Made by a program: the position numbers and the translations under genes. A stretch of 64,000 nucleotides of DNA, taken from positions 160,086,001-160,150,000 of the forward strand of contig NC_086097.1 of the NCBI RefSeq assembly GCF_963921235.1, in the 5' to 3' direction. The stretch is from Mobula hypostoma. Taxonomy: Eukaryota. Every line of letters starts with the position of its first letter. Within the stretch, counting starts at the first letter, position 1. Shown piece by piece: positions 11,810 through 23,945 of the stretch. The notes beneath the pieces are model-generated. The model saw only the letters and a program-made list of their open reading frames with translations, searched no databases and was not told the origin of the DNA.

Positions 11810-13260
11810 CTCCTCCCTACTGTGATATAAATTTCAACTCAATATAGAATGCATCTCAACTTATATACACAGTATACTACCACTATATAAACATCCACAT
11901 CATGCTAAATTTAAATTGTCCTTTTCAAACCTAAAGATTTGATCACTGTCGGGGATTTCTTGCTCATTGAGATAATATCTTTGTGACAAGGGGGATTTCT
12001 CTGCATGGCAACTGAGATCTGGGTCTGTGAAACAATCTCAGGTTCTGTGACCTCCTCTGTGGTTGTTGTAGGAGTTGACTTTAGGACGGCAGGAAGTGGT
12101 TCTGACAGCCTTGGCCACATTTCTCCTCCTTTCCTTGGCTTTTCTTTCTGAATCTATTTCAAACTTTGCTTATTTTCTGGTCCCAGCTTCCTTCTCTTTA
12201 TCCTCAATTCCTTTCTCAATCGTACTCCCTTTCCTCATTCTTGGTTCTCTCACAATCTTACTCACGGTCCTTTTCCTGATCACTCTCGTTCCAACTCATT
12301 TTCTTTCTCTTTCTTACTCATGTTCTTTCTATCTCTCCTCTCCTTTTCAGCTTTTCGTTTTTCCTTCTGGTTTCTTCTGTGTATCTCTGAATTTGCTAAT
12401 TGGCTAATTTTTAGATGATATTTCCTAATATCCTTTTCCATTTTCATAGCACACATGTCATCCTCCTCTTTCTTTTCCTTTTTTTCCACTTTCTATTTTT
12501 TTTGCATCTTTATCTTGGAAAGGTGCATTCAGTTCACTGGATTATTCTCTTAATAATGCTTCCATTGTTCCCTTTACAATCTGAATTCTCTTGGTTTCCA
12601 CATTCACATCATCATCTGACAAAGCCTCTGTTTTGGTATGTCCATTGACTCCTTTCATTTTAGCCTTCCATTCTTCCAGCTGGGCTTTTGTCTTTGCATC
12701 TACTTATACAACCAGCTTTTTTCTCTCCCACTTGAAGTCCTCGCAATGAGCTTAATGCACTCAGAGCAGATTCTGATTCTTTATATTCACAAAAGCCGAA
12801 TGCTTGCAACTTTCCTGAAGCTCATTGAACTCTCAACTAGCTTAAAACCAAATCTCATTTTGCAAATCACTGCCTGATTAACATATCAGAAGCTTTCTCA
12901 GATACATTGCCTATAAGACCTGTTGTAGTCAGACCATTGCTTTCATCACTTCCACACTTCCTTTGAGCAGTATGCTCCTTCTTTGGGCCAACATGTTTTC
13001 CAACCAGAGGCAAAGAGGCCATCACCTGTTTGCCCTCTGTTCAGCAATGGTTCATAGTGTACAGCATGGAGACAGTTGTAGGATCAGCCTTTGTTAATTC
13101 ACTTATATAACTCTATTATAGCAGATGTGGCATGCAAATGGAGGATGGATCTCTAATTCAAGTTGTAGTTATCTCAGCCAACCACATCTCCACAATGCTG
13201 GCTCCCCAGTTCCTGGAAAGTAAAGGTGTAATAGTTTAAGACTTGTCATTAATAATTGTT
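11810..13260 (-). mobile_element. Internal region of a non-autonomous Gypsy-like element with a K/E-rich block (copy 1)
   Basis: Colinear homology with 56270-57370; integrase-tail-like peptide PTTTTEEVTEPEIVSQ next to the PPT; distal boundary uncertain. Confidence 0.65.
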
Positions 13261-13519
13261 ATGTACATTGTCTAATTAAGCTTCTTAACTCAGGACTCGA
13301 AGCTCATCTCAGAATGACTTGCACATCTCCACAGCAAAAAATATTACAGCACAATGTTTTCAAAGGTCCAACTCCTGACTGCAAACTGTAATTATTAAAA
13401 ACATTGCCAGCATGGTTTTAGAGTCACTTACAACTATTGAATTAAGCTTTTATTCTTAAAATGGTTTATTATAACATTATTACTTGAAGGGGGTATGCTG
13501 GACTGGTATTGTTGCAATG

Positions 13520-14095
13520 GGACAAGTTTTTCATGAGACTACACTTGTAGTATTCTGTACAGTTCTGGTCACCCAGCTCTAGGAAGGATCTTATTGAGCT
13601 GGAAGGGTACAGGAAAAAAAAAATCATGAGGATGTTACCCACACTGGAGGTTTTGAAAAATAAAGAAAGGTTGGATAGGCTGGAACATTTTAACTCTGGA
13701 GTGTAGGAGGCTGATGAGTGACTTTATAGATGCTTATAAAATCATGAGGCATAGGTAAGGTGAATGGTGACAAACATTTGTCAAGGTAGGAGAAACTAAA
13801 ACTAATGGCCAAAGGTTTAAGGTGAGAGCAGAAAAATTTAAGAGATCTGATCAGCAATCTTTTCATACCGAGGGTAAAGGGTGTACAGAATGAGCTTCTG
13901 GAGGAAGCTGTAGAGGTGGGGTTGATTACAATGTTTAAAGGATATTTGAATAGATACATGGTAGGAAAGGTTTAGAAGGATATGGTCCAAATGCAGGCAA
14001 ATGAGGCTCAGTCAATAAGACAACCCGATTGCCATAAATGAGTTGGGATGATGCATTCATTTCCATGTCGTAAAACTCCAAGGTTCTATGACGAG
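13520..14095 (+). mobile_element. CR1 3' fragment
   Basis: YSVQFWSP and DAYKIMR remnants; CR1-like 3' UTR. Confidence 0.8.
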
Positions 14096-14375
14096 CAGTA
14101 TTTTAGTCTCTGTTACACATTTTCAGCTGAGAATATCTGTCATCTGGTTATCATTCCATGCCAGGGAGATCAGTGTGTAAATATGATAGGGACAGGTAGC
14201 ATGGAAGTGGATGGTTGGGCATTGGGCTGACCAGTAATATTCCGGGGGGCATGCCAAGATTACCAGAGGCAAGCATCAGGAGACGGGAAAGAAAAGCAGT
14301 GAAGGTGTCTTCATGTCTGAGAGGTCAGGGATGGAGGCCAACTCATGGTGCTGTGGAAAAGAATATAGATCTTTA

Positions 14376-14620
14376 TAAGACCATAAGACATAGGAGCAAA
14401 ATTAGGTCATTGACCCATCAAGTCTACTCCACCATTCAATCATGGCTAATCCATTTTCCCCCCACTTCAGCCCCACTCCCTGGCCTTCCCCCTGTAACCT
14501 TTAATGCCATGTTCAATCAAGAGCCTATATCTCTGCCTTAAATGCACCCAATGACCTGGCCTCTACAGCTGCCTGTGGTAACAGATTCCACAAATTCACC
14601 ACCCTCTAGCTAAAGAAATT
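14376..14620 (-). mobile_element. CR1 3' terminal fragment
   Basis: Begins with ataagaccataagacataggagc (reverse complement of the CR1 tail); similar to 54421 and 61757. Confidence 0.8.
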
Positions 14621-16889
14621 TATCAACGATTGAAGACAGGAGGAGGAGAATGGTAACAGATTGGTGGAGTTGTGAAGGGCAGTCCAGTGCAGATAGTTGA
14701 GCAAGCACAAGGATTTAAGTAAGAGATTTACATTGGGGAAAGAGAAATTTGTCCCAGGAATAGTCTTGTTCCCCAGTTCCCCAGCAAAGATCCAAAGTGA
14801 GAGGTGCATGGGAAAAGCTCATCAGGGTTGCAAGGATGACACATTCAACTACAACATGAAAGACAGACAGAGACACACTCACTTGCCTGCCTGGGTACAT
14901 CACCTGCACTCTGAAAAAACTTGGCACCATTCTAGACAAAATAGTTTACATGACTGGCACCTGTTTCACCTAAGATTTTCTAACCCTCCACTATCAAGGC
15001 ATTGTGTACAGGATACACTGCAACAATACATTAGTATTTAATTGGCAGTAACTCCCAAATGTGAATTTTAATTATCTAAAAAGCAGAGGACAGAAGAATG
15101 AAAAACCATCCTACCCAAGAGTACCGAAGGAGTACCTTCAGTGGATAACATGCTACTCTTACATATGGCATAAGCTTTTCAAAAGTTTGAGATGTCCAGT
15201 AAATGTTGGCCTCACCAATATAAACATAATAATGCCTTCCTGGTATCAGACCAATTGAAAGGGCACACTTTCAAATGTTTTGTATGAGTGGATTCACATT
15301 CTAGATGTACTTAGAGGTATGGACAAACGCTAAAACTTATGCCACTTATTTGACTCTCACTAACAATAATGGATATTTGCATGCACAGCACAAGTTACAA
15401 TGTGTATGTGCATTATAAGAACACTGCTTTCCCTTTATAAAAAAGTGATACACAGATTTGCAGTACTTACTAATCTAATTTCTCTACAAGTTTTATGAAT
15501 CTCTCTAATCTACTCAAAGGAGGAAATCATTGATGTGTCCTCTTCTTTATGAGGAAGATCTCACTTCAGTAGAACTTCTGCAGTTTGCTCTAGGGCCACC
15601 ATAACAAAATGATATGGACTTTGGGTAGACAGTAGAAATCAATTTAGTTAAGCATTTACTTACCAGTTTAATTAGTTCAACAGAACATTGAGCTGAGGGA
15701 TTTGCTCCAGTGCTGTACTATTCTCTGTTCTACGTTTGTATTAAGGCATTGACTCCTGCCAACTGTGAAAATAGATAGAGGGTTTATCGTCAACAACTTG
15801 AGACACTATGTCTGCTGAGAAGGTTAGAGTAAGGTAGGTTAGGCAGCCCTCATTCCTTAGTGGTATAATTTATGTCTCAAAGATCAAGAATCTGTGTTAA
15901 TGCAGCTTGAAAGGAAATATGCACTCAGATTTCCTGGGTCAGCTCACTTGCTTCAATAATTGCAAATTTACATACAAATGCAGTCAAAGGTAATGAGATA
16001 CATTAATAGTGAGAAATTGTTGATTGCATGATTCATAGAAAAAGTAAATGAAGAGAATTCTAGATTTTATTGTACTGAGATTTAACCTTCAGGAAATTCA
16101 ATTGGCCATATGAGCAATAGGAAGCCAAATTCGAAAAAAACTATTCAGCACAAAAAAAACATTCAGATTTACCATGGAAAGGGACAAATAGACTAGCAAA
16201 TGTTTCAAATTTACTATGGATACAAGAAAAAGTGTATGAACTACAACACAATCATAACAATATCATCACACAATATCAAAATACTGCATGGAACACTTGA
16301 GGTACTACGATTATACCCATAACAACCAGAAAATCTCAAGAGCACAGTCATTGTACAATTGTGTGATCACACTAAAATGGCTTCAGAAAACTAAGTGAAA
16401 AGTAAAATGCAGTTAACACTTCAGTTAGAACTTCACCATCAGAACTTAGTTTGAAGTTAGAGAGTGGGGCAGAAGGTTTGGCTAATACAAAGAACATCTC
16501 TGATTGACTGAGACCAGAGTGTTTACAGAACCATTGGGTTAATAGATAATAAACTAAGAGGGAAAGAGGGAGGGAAAACAAGCAAAGGGTCATGTTAAAG
16601 CAGTGAAAATGTAGGTTAGAGTTGTTGCTGAACCCATGAAATGAAAAGACAAAATTTGGAAGTGCCCAGCAGGTTGGAAGTGTGCCCAAGAGAAATTTTG
16701 CAAATGGATTACATTACTGCTAAAGTGCCAGTTAAGTACACACAGAAGAAACTGAAATTTTAGAATTCAGTATTGAGTCTGAGGATGGAACTTGCCCAGA
16801 TATAATGCAGCATGTTGTTACTCAAACTTATGCTAGTTTTCTTTGAACAGTATGTCATAGATAGACAGGTGAGAGTGGTGTGGACAATA

Positions 16890-17440
16890 GATTCAAAATT
16901 CAAGTAAACTCATTATCAAAGTACTATATGTCACCATATACCAACTTGAAATTAATATCTTGTGGGCATTCACAGTAAATAAAAGAAACTCAGTCAAATC
17001 AATGAGACACTGCTGCCAATAGGATGAACAAAAACCAATGTGCAAAAGACAACCAACTGTGCAAGCACAAAGTGAGGAAAATATACAATAAATAAGCAAT
17101 ATGAAAGTTAGTCATTGTGTTCTTGAATATGAGTTCATAGGTTGTGAGAATGGTTCAGTGATGGGGCAAGTGAAGTTATCCACTTGGGCTCAAAACTCTG
17201 ATGGTTGTAGAGCAATAACTGTTTCTGAACATGGTGGTGTGGGTCTTGAGGCTGCTGTACCTACTTCCTGATGGTAGCAGTAAGAAGAGAGCTTAACCTG
17301 GAAAGTAGGGTGGGTCTTTAATTATGGATGCTGCTTTCCTACGACAACACTCCACACGTATGTGCTCAATGGTGAAAAGGGCTTGACCCGTGATGGACTG
17401 AGCTGTATGCATAACTTTTTGTAAGAGCTTCCATTCAAGG
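16890..17440 (-). mobile_element. Rex1/Babar 3' fragment
   Basis: LQKVMHTAQSITG...CCRRKAASIIKDP on the minus strand. Confidence 0.75.
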
Positions 17441-18164
17441 TTACACTTAGACTGAACAGTGATTTTAAGTGAAGCAGTCAACTAATCTGCATTTGTTTCC
17501 AATTTTGAAGCAAATACATCGCCACCACCAAATGCAATATACTGGAATGGTACAAAACATTGTAGAAAACCTTCAACAGGTTAGTTGGTGTTTGTAGGAA
17601 AAAGTAGTATAGTTAACAGTACAGTTTACAGGATTTTCTACTTCTAAGACATTTCATAGACTCATTTTAGATCTGCTGAGGTTTTTCAGCTTTGGAAGTG
17701 AATAATATAAGAGGCATCACAGCGTATGGAATGCACTGCCATGAGTGGTGATAGACCAACTATATTAGGGACATTAAAGAGCCTTCTAGATAGGTACATG
17801 GATGAAAGAAAAATTGAGGATTATGTAGGGAAGAGTTGTATTGATCCTAGTGTCTTTAAAGGTTATCACAACATTGTAGCCTGACATGCCTGTACTGAGC
17901 TGTTTTATATCCCCCTGTACTTGCACAAATATTGCTGTTTACTTTAGTACAATAAGAGTAGGGAGGGAAGATGTTCATTCTAAAGGGATTTCATTAATGC
18001 AATGAAAATTAAAGGTTTTTGGATTCAGAATACAGTAGCTTAGAATATTCTCATTTATGCAATAAACTATCTCACTCCTTATGTTCCTATACAGTGGAAT
18101 GTATTTGCAATGCTAAAAGCTAAATACCTAACTTCCATCCTGCTCTGAACTACTTAAGCCATAG

Positions 18165-19590
18165 TCAGAGTCAGAGTACTACAGCATAGAAACAGGCCAT
18201 TTGGCCCATTTAGTCAATGGCCTGTTTTTTCTGCCTAGCCACATCTGCCTGCACCCAGACTATAGCCTTCCATTACTCTTCCATGTACCTATCCAAACTT
18301 CTTAAATGTTGCAATTGTACTTCATCCATGATTTCCTCTAACTCATTCCACACTCACACAACTGCCTGAGTGAAGTTTTCCCTGATCCCAAACCCATGAC
18401 CTTTTGTTCCAGTCTTCACCCCAGTGAAGAAGCCCACTTGCATTCACCCTATCCCCATCTATGCCCCTCAGTTTTGAATACCTCCACAAGATCTCCCTTC
18501 ATTCTACTATGAGCCAGGGAATACAAGCACAAACCTATTCAATCTTTACCTGTAACTCAAGTCCACAAGTTCTAGCAATATCCTGGCAAATTTTCTCTGC
18601 ACTCACGCAAGCTTATTGGTACCTTTCCTGAAGGAAAGCAAATTGAACTACACAACACTCCAAATTAGGCCTCACCAGAATCTTGTACAGCTTCAACACA
18701 ACATTGCAACTCCTGCACTTAATACATTTATATACAAAGGCCAATATGCCAAAAATCTCCTTACAAACCCATCTACCTGTGACTCCACTTTCAAGAAATT
18801 ATGGATTGGTATTCCCAGATGTTCTACTGCACACCTCAGTGCCCTACCATTTCACTGTGCAACTCGTACTCTGATTTGTCCTGCCAAAGTGAAACACCTC
18901 AAATGCCTGTATTAAATTCCATCTGCCACTTTCCTGCCCATTTTCCCCAACTGACTCAAATCACACTTCAAACTTTGATAGCTTTCCTTGCTGCCCACTA
19001 AGCCCCCAAATATCTGCAAATTTGCAGATCCAGTTTACCACATTATCATCCAAATTATTGACAGATAAATAATGGACCCAGCACTGCTCCCAGTGGCAGA
19101 CCACTAGTCACAGGCCTCCAGTTAGAGAGACAACCATCTAACACCACTTTCTGGCTTCTCCCACCAAGACAATGCTGAAACCCATTTAGTACTTCATCCT
19201 GAATGCCAAACAATTGAACCTTTTAGACCAGTTTCCATGCAGGAGTTTGTCAAAGGTCAAAGAATAGTCAATGTAGACAACATTCACTGACTTGCTTTCA
19301 TTAATATTCCTGGTAACCTCTTGGAAAAAAAACAAGATTAGTTAGACATAAATAGCTTTGATGACTATTCCCAGTCAGGCCCCATTTATCCAAATAATTA
19401 TTGATCCAGTCCCTCAGCATACCCTCCAATAACTCACCCACCAATGACACCAGGCTCACCAGCATAGAAATTCTGTTTATTTTTAAAGGCTTTCTTGAAC
19501 AACATTAGTTATCCTCCAGTCCTCTGGCACATCACCCATAACCAAGGATGTTTTAAATATCTCTGCCAGTGCCACTGCAATTTACACCAC
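18165..19590 (-). mobile_element. Decayed CR1 copy
   Basis: Reverse-complement CR1 tail (catagtcagagtcagag) followed by RT remnants. Confidence 0.8.
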
Positions 19591-21740
19591 AGGACCATAA
19601 GACACAAGAGCAGAATTAGGCCATTGGGCCCATTGTGTCTGCTCCACCATTTCATCATAGCTGATTCATTTCCCTTTCAAGATTTGCCTTCTCCTTGCAA
19701 TCCTTTACATCATAAGAAATCAAGAATCTGTCAACTTACACCTTAAATGCACCCAATAACCCATCAACCTCCACTTTAAATACTCAATGAATTTGCCTTC
19801 ACAGCCACCTGTGGCAGCAAATTCTACAGATTGATCACCCTCAGGCTAAGATCTCCACATCTGTTCTAAATGGATGTCCCTCTATTCTGAGGCTGTGCCC
19901 ACTGGTCCTAGAATCCCCCCAAACAAAATATTCTCTCCATATCAACTCTTTCTAGGCCTATCAACATTAGATATTTCAATGAGATCCCTTTTCTTCTAAA
20001 CTCCAGCAAGGCACAGAGCCATCATATGCACAGCAACTGATAAGCATTTCATTCCAGGAAATATTCCCATGAACCTCCTCCAATCTCAGCACATCCTTTC
20101 TTAACCAAGGGACCCAAAACGGCACACAATACTCCTGGTGAGGTCTCCCCAGTGCCTTACAAAACTTCAGCATTACATTCTTGCTTTATATTCTAGTCCT
20201 CTTGAAATGAATGCTAACATTGCACTTGCTTTCCTCACCAGACTCAACCTGCAAATTAACCTTTAATGAACCCTGCACAAGAATTCCCAAGTCCCTTTGT
20301 GCCTCAGACTTTATAGAAAAGTATTTGCTTTTATCCCTTCAAAGTGCATGACCATACACTTCAACACTTTCATCTGCCATTTTCCCATTCTCCTAATCTG
20401 TCCAAGCTTTGAGGTTTTTCTGCTTCCTCAAAACTATCTGTGACTCCACCTATATTTGTAATCTTCCACAAGTGTGGCTACAAAGCCATACATTCTGACA
20501 TCCAAATCATTGACATAAAATGCAAGTACTAACAGCAATCCCTGTAGACCACCACTAGTCGCTAGTAGTCAGTCAGTAAAGGCTCCCTTTATTCCCAGTC
20601 TTTGCCTCCTGCCAATCAGTCAATGCTCCACACATGCTAGTACCTTTCCTGTACCAGTATGGGCACTTATTTTAAGCAGCCTCATTTGCTGCACTTTGTC
20701 AAAGGCCTTCTGAAAATCCAAGAGTGCAACATCCACTGATTCTCCTTTGTCTATCCTGTTTTATTATTTCCTCAAAGAACTAACAGATTTGTCAGGTAAG
20801 ATTTTCTCTTAATGAAACCATGCTGACTTTGACCCATTTTGCCAATTGCCTCCAAGTGCTCAAAATCACATCATTAATCATCTCCTACATCTTCCCAGCC
20901 ACTGAGGTCAGACTAATTTCCTTTTTGCCTTTCTCCCATCTTCAGCAGGGTGACATTTGCCATTTTCAGGTTCTGCAGAACCATTTAAAAATCTAAATCT
21001 AATGATTCAATCTCTTCAGCCAGCTCTTCTGAAAAAAGTAGAGTGTAGTCCACCTGATCTGGGTAACACATCTACCTTCAGATCTTAGTTTCCCAAACAC
21101 CTTCTCTCCAGTAATAGCAAGTGCATTCACTTCAGACCGCCAAAACCAACGTCTGGCACACTGCTAGCCACCCCTCCCCAACAGTGACAACTGATGCAAA
21201 ATCCACACCCCACAGTAAAGACCGATGCAAAATCCTTATTCAGTTCATCCACCATGTACTTGTCCCCTATTATCATCTCACCAGCATTTTCCAGCAGTCC
21301 AATACTTACTCCTGGTTCTATTCTTTATATGTATTAAAAAACTTCTGGTGTCCTTTTTGATATTGCTGATAAGCTTACCTTCATATTCCATCTTTTCCTC
21401 CTTACAATTTTTAAAAATTTTTTTTAAGTTGCCTTCTGTTGGTATTTAAAAGCTTCCCAAGTATCTATCTTCCCACTAACTTTTGTGCTATTATATGCCC
21501 TCCTTTGCTTTTATGTTGGCTTTGAGTTCCCTAGTCAGCCCCAGCTGAGTCATCCTGCCTTTCAAATACCACCTCTTTGGGATGCATCATCCAGACTACT
21601 CCCAGAAACTCCAGCCATTGCTACTCTTCTGTCTTTGCTGCTGGTATCCCCTTCCAATCAATTCTGCCAGCTCCTCTCTTGTGCTTCCAATTCCTTTACT
21701 CCACTGTAATAACAATGCATCTGACTTTAGTTTATCCCTC
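19590..21740 (-). mobile_element. Decayed CR1 copy
   Basis: ALGRPHQEYCVPFWVPWLRKDVL; LDFQKAFDKV remnant near 20700-20720. Confidence 0.85.
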
Positions 21741-21759
21741 CAAGGTAAATCCCATATGG

Positions 21760-22330
21760 AATAAAGCAGCTAGTGCTTGCATATTGCAAACATGCTGGCC
21801 AAGGTATGAAGTTCTATAGAATAATCAGCCACAGACCAATTTCCCTTGCACAAGCTGAGGAGATTTATCAGAGACCCATGTCCTCTAGCAGGGAGATAGA
21901 ACACATTTCTCAAAGTCTCTAAAAAGAGGTCTACAATGGGGTAGACTAGCAAGGCCTTCTCCCAGAGCACAATGGCCCAAACAAGGGCTCTTCCAGCAAG
22001 GAGCAAGATGATATAGGATACCTTACTGTATTCTAACAACTTGGATGGCTACAACTCAAAGGTCAAGGAGCATAGCACCAGGAATCCTCAGCATAACCAT
22101 TGTAGTGGTCAGAAGCCAGTAGGTACAGCAATTGCTCACAAGTATTGACAACCTCTCCAGCCTGAACATACCTGAAAACAACAGCCACTCCAGCCAAACT
22201 CAGATCCTGCCTACCTCACTATGAGTAGTGAGGACCTCCTGAAGTATCTTGTCATATTTGCCTATGATTGCTCCCTAGTGAGCAAACACAGTTAACAGAT
22301 ATTCACACTCCACTAGTTTCATAAAGGCTC
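21760..22330 (-). mobile_element. Ty3/Gypsy (sushi-like) gag fragment
   Basis: KVSYIILLLAGRALVWAIVLWE...LLSLCKGNWSVADYSIELHTLA resembles the retrotransposon-gag L.QG.SV.DY..EF..LA motif. Confidence 0.75.
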
Positions 22331-22869
22331 AATTGTGCTGTAATAAGAGAGCTATGAATGTGGTGAATCCCAATGCAAAATAAGAATTAGCATAAACTCA
22401 GACTCAAAATGATACAAACAAAATCCAAAGGCAAAATCACAAACAGCAGTATTAGATTTGAACTTTCACAAATGAGTACCAAGTATTCAGCATGAGGCCT
22501 TTAAGTACAGACTTTCCATGATGGAATGTGACAGGCAATAATTGTCTGTCTGAGGCTTAAAGGGACAGTGGCAGCTAAACGTACTCTGGGGAAATGGAGC
22601 ACCGAAACTTGGATGCTTGTTGCTGTTCAGACACAGATCCCACACAAAGAACACAACACAGCCACTAGAGCCATTCTCACTGATCTAACTAAGTATTAAC
22701 AAGAATGTAGAAGAAGAAATTTACCAAATATTTACCTCACCCAATCCTGATGAGCCAAAACCTTCCCGCTCTAACACTGGTCCACTACCACAATATGGCC
22801 GCTCCATTTGTCCTTACCTAATTTTTATTTTCCTTTGCTAATGTGAGGCCTCCTGCACTGATTCAACTG

Positions 22870-23520
22870 TTGCACTAGTCTCCTGCAATGACCTTGTCAG
22901 GACCTGGGACCTTATCCATCTAATTTGTCTCAAGAAAACAAGCATCTCCTGTTCTATAATGTGAATACAGTCCATGATCTCACTACTCTTTTGCCTCAGT
23001 TCTATAGACCCTGCTTCTGTCCCCCAAGTAAATACTGATGCAAAAATTTCATTTAAGATTTCTCCCGTCTCTTTCGATTCCATATATAGATGACCATACT
23101 GATCATCCAGAGGACAAATTTAGTCCCCTGCTACCCTTTTGCTCTTGATTTAATTGCAGAACCACTTGAGATTCTCTTTCACTTTGTCTACCAGAGCAAC
23201 CTCATGCCTTTTTGTTAGCATTCCTGATTTCCTACTTAAGTGTTCTCTTGCATTTTTAATTAGTCCTCATGTGCTCCATTTGATCCTAACAGCCTATACC
23301 TGCTATGCACCTCCTTCTTCTTCTTAATCAGGGCTTCAGAATCTCTTGAAAACTAAGGTTCCAGTAATTTGTTATCCTTCCTCTTTATGTTGACAGTAAT
23401 ACGCAAACTCTGTACTCCCAATACTTCACTTCTGAAGGCCCCCCCACATGCTAAAATAACGCCTATCCCAATCCACACCTGCCAGATCCCTTCTGATGTT
23501 TCAAAGGTCCAGAGGTTCCA
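22870..23520 (-). mobile_element. CR1 ORF2 mid-region fragment
   Basis: ETGEILNEIFASVFT is a typical CR1 EN-RT linker. Confidence 0.8.
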
Positions 23521-23547
23521 TTTAGTATCAGAGAATGTATACACTAT

Positions 23548-23945
23548 ACAAATAAACGCTTCTCGGGCTTCCAGCCAGACACGGGTTTCAACTATAACCA
23601 ACATTTCTATGACAAACTCTGCCATCTTCATCAGGGATGATGGCTGGTCATGTCTAGTCCAGTGGTATTTATACCTCCATAGTCCACCCCTCCTGATTAG
23701 TTGGTCCTCATCCAATCAGGTTTCTGCTCACCCACCTTGTTTACAATCAATTTCCAGTTCTAACTTAGAGCGAGACCTTCATCTTTATTGATATTTTATT
23801 CCTCTAGTTTCATTTCAATGGCTTCTTTTACTAGATGGTCCCAAAAGCCATTGGCACGGCATAGTAGTTTTGTGCCATCAAAGTCAATCCTATAGCCATT
23901 GTGAAAGCAGTGCTCTGCTACCGCTAGTTTCTCTGGGTAATTTCT
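23548..23945 (-). mobile_element. 3' end of a second PLE family (Poseidon-like GIY-YIG C-terminus plus terminal repeat)
   Basis: PEKLAVAEHC..GYRIDFDGTKLL...LVKEAIEMKLE.*NINKDEGL. Confidence 0.75.
23596..23638 (-). ncRNA. Degenerate minimal hammerhead motif of a second type
   Basis: Minus strand atcc-CTGATGA-ag-atggca(gagtt)tgtcat-a-GAAA-tgTT-ggtt. Confidence 0.55.
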
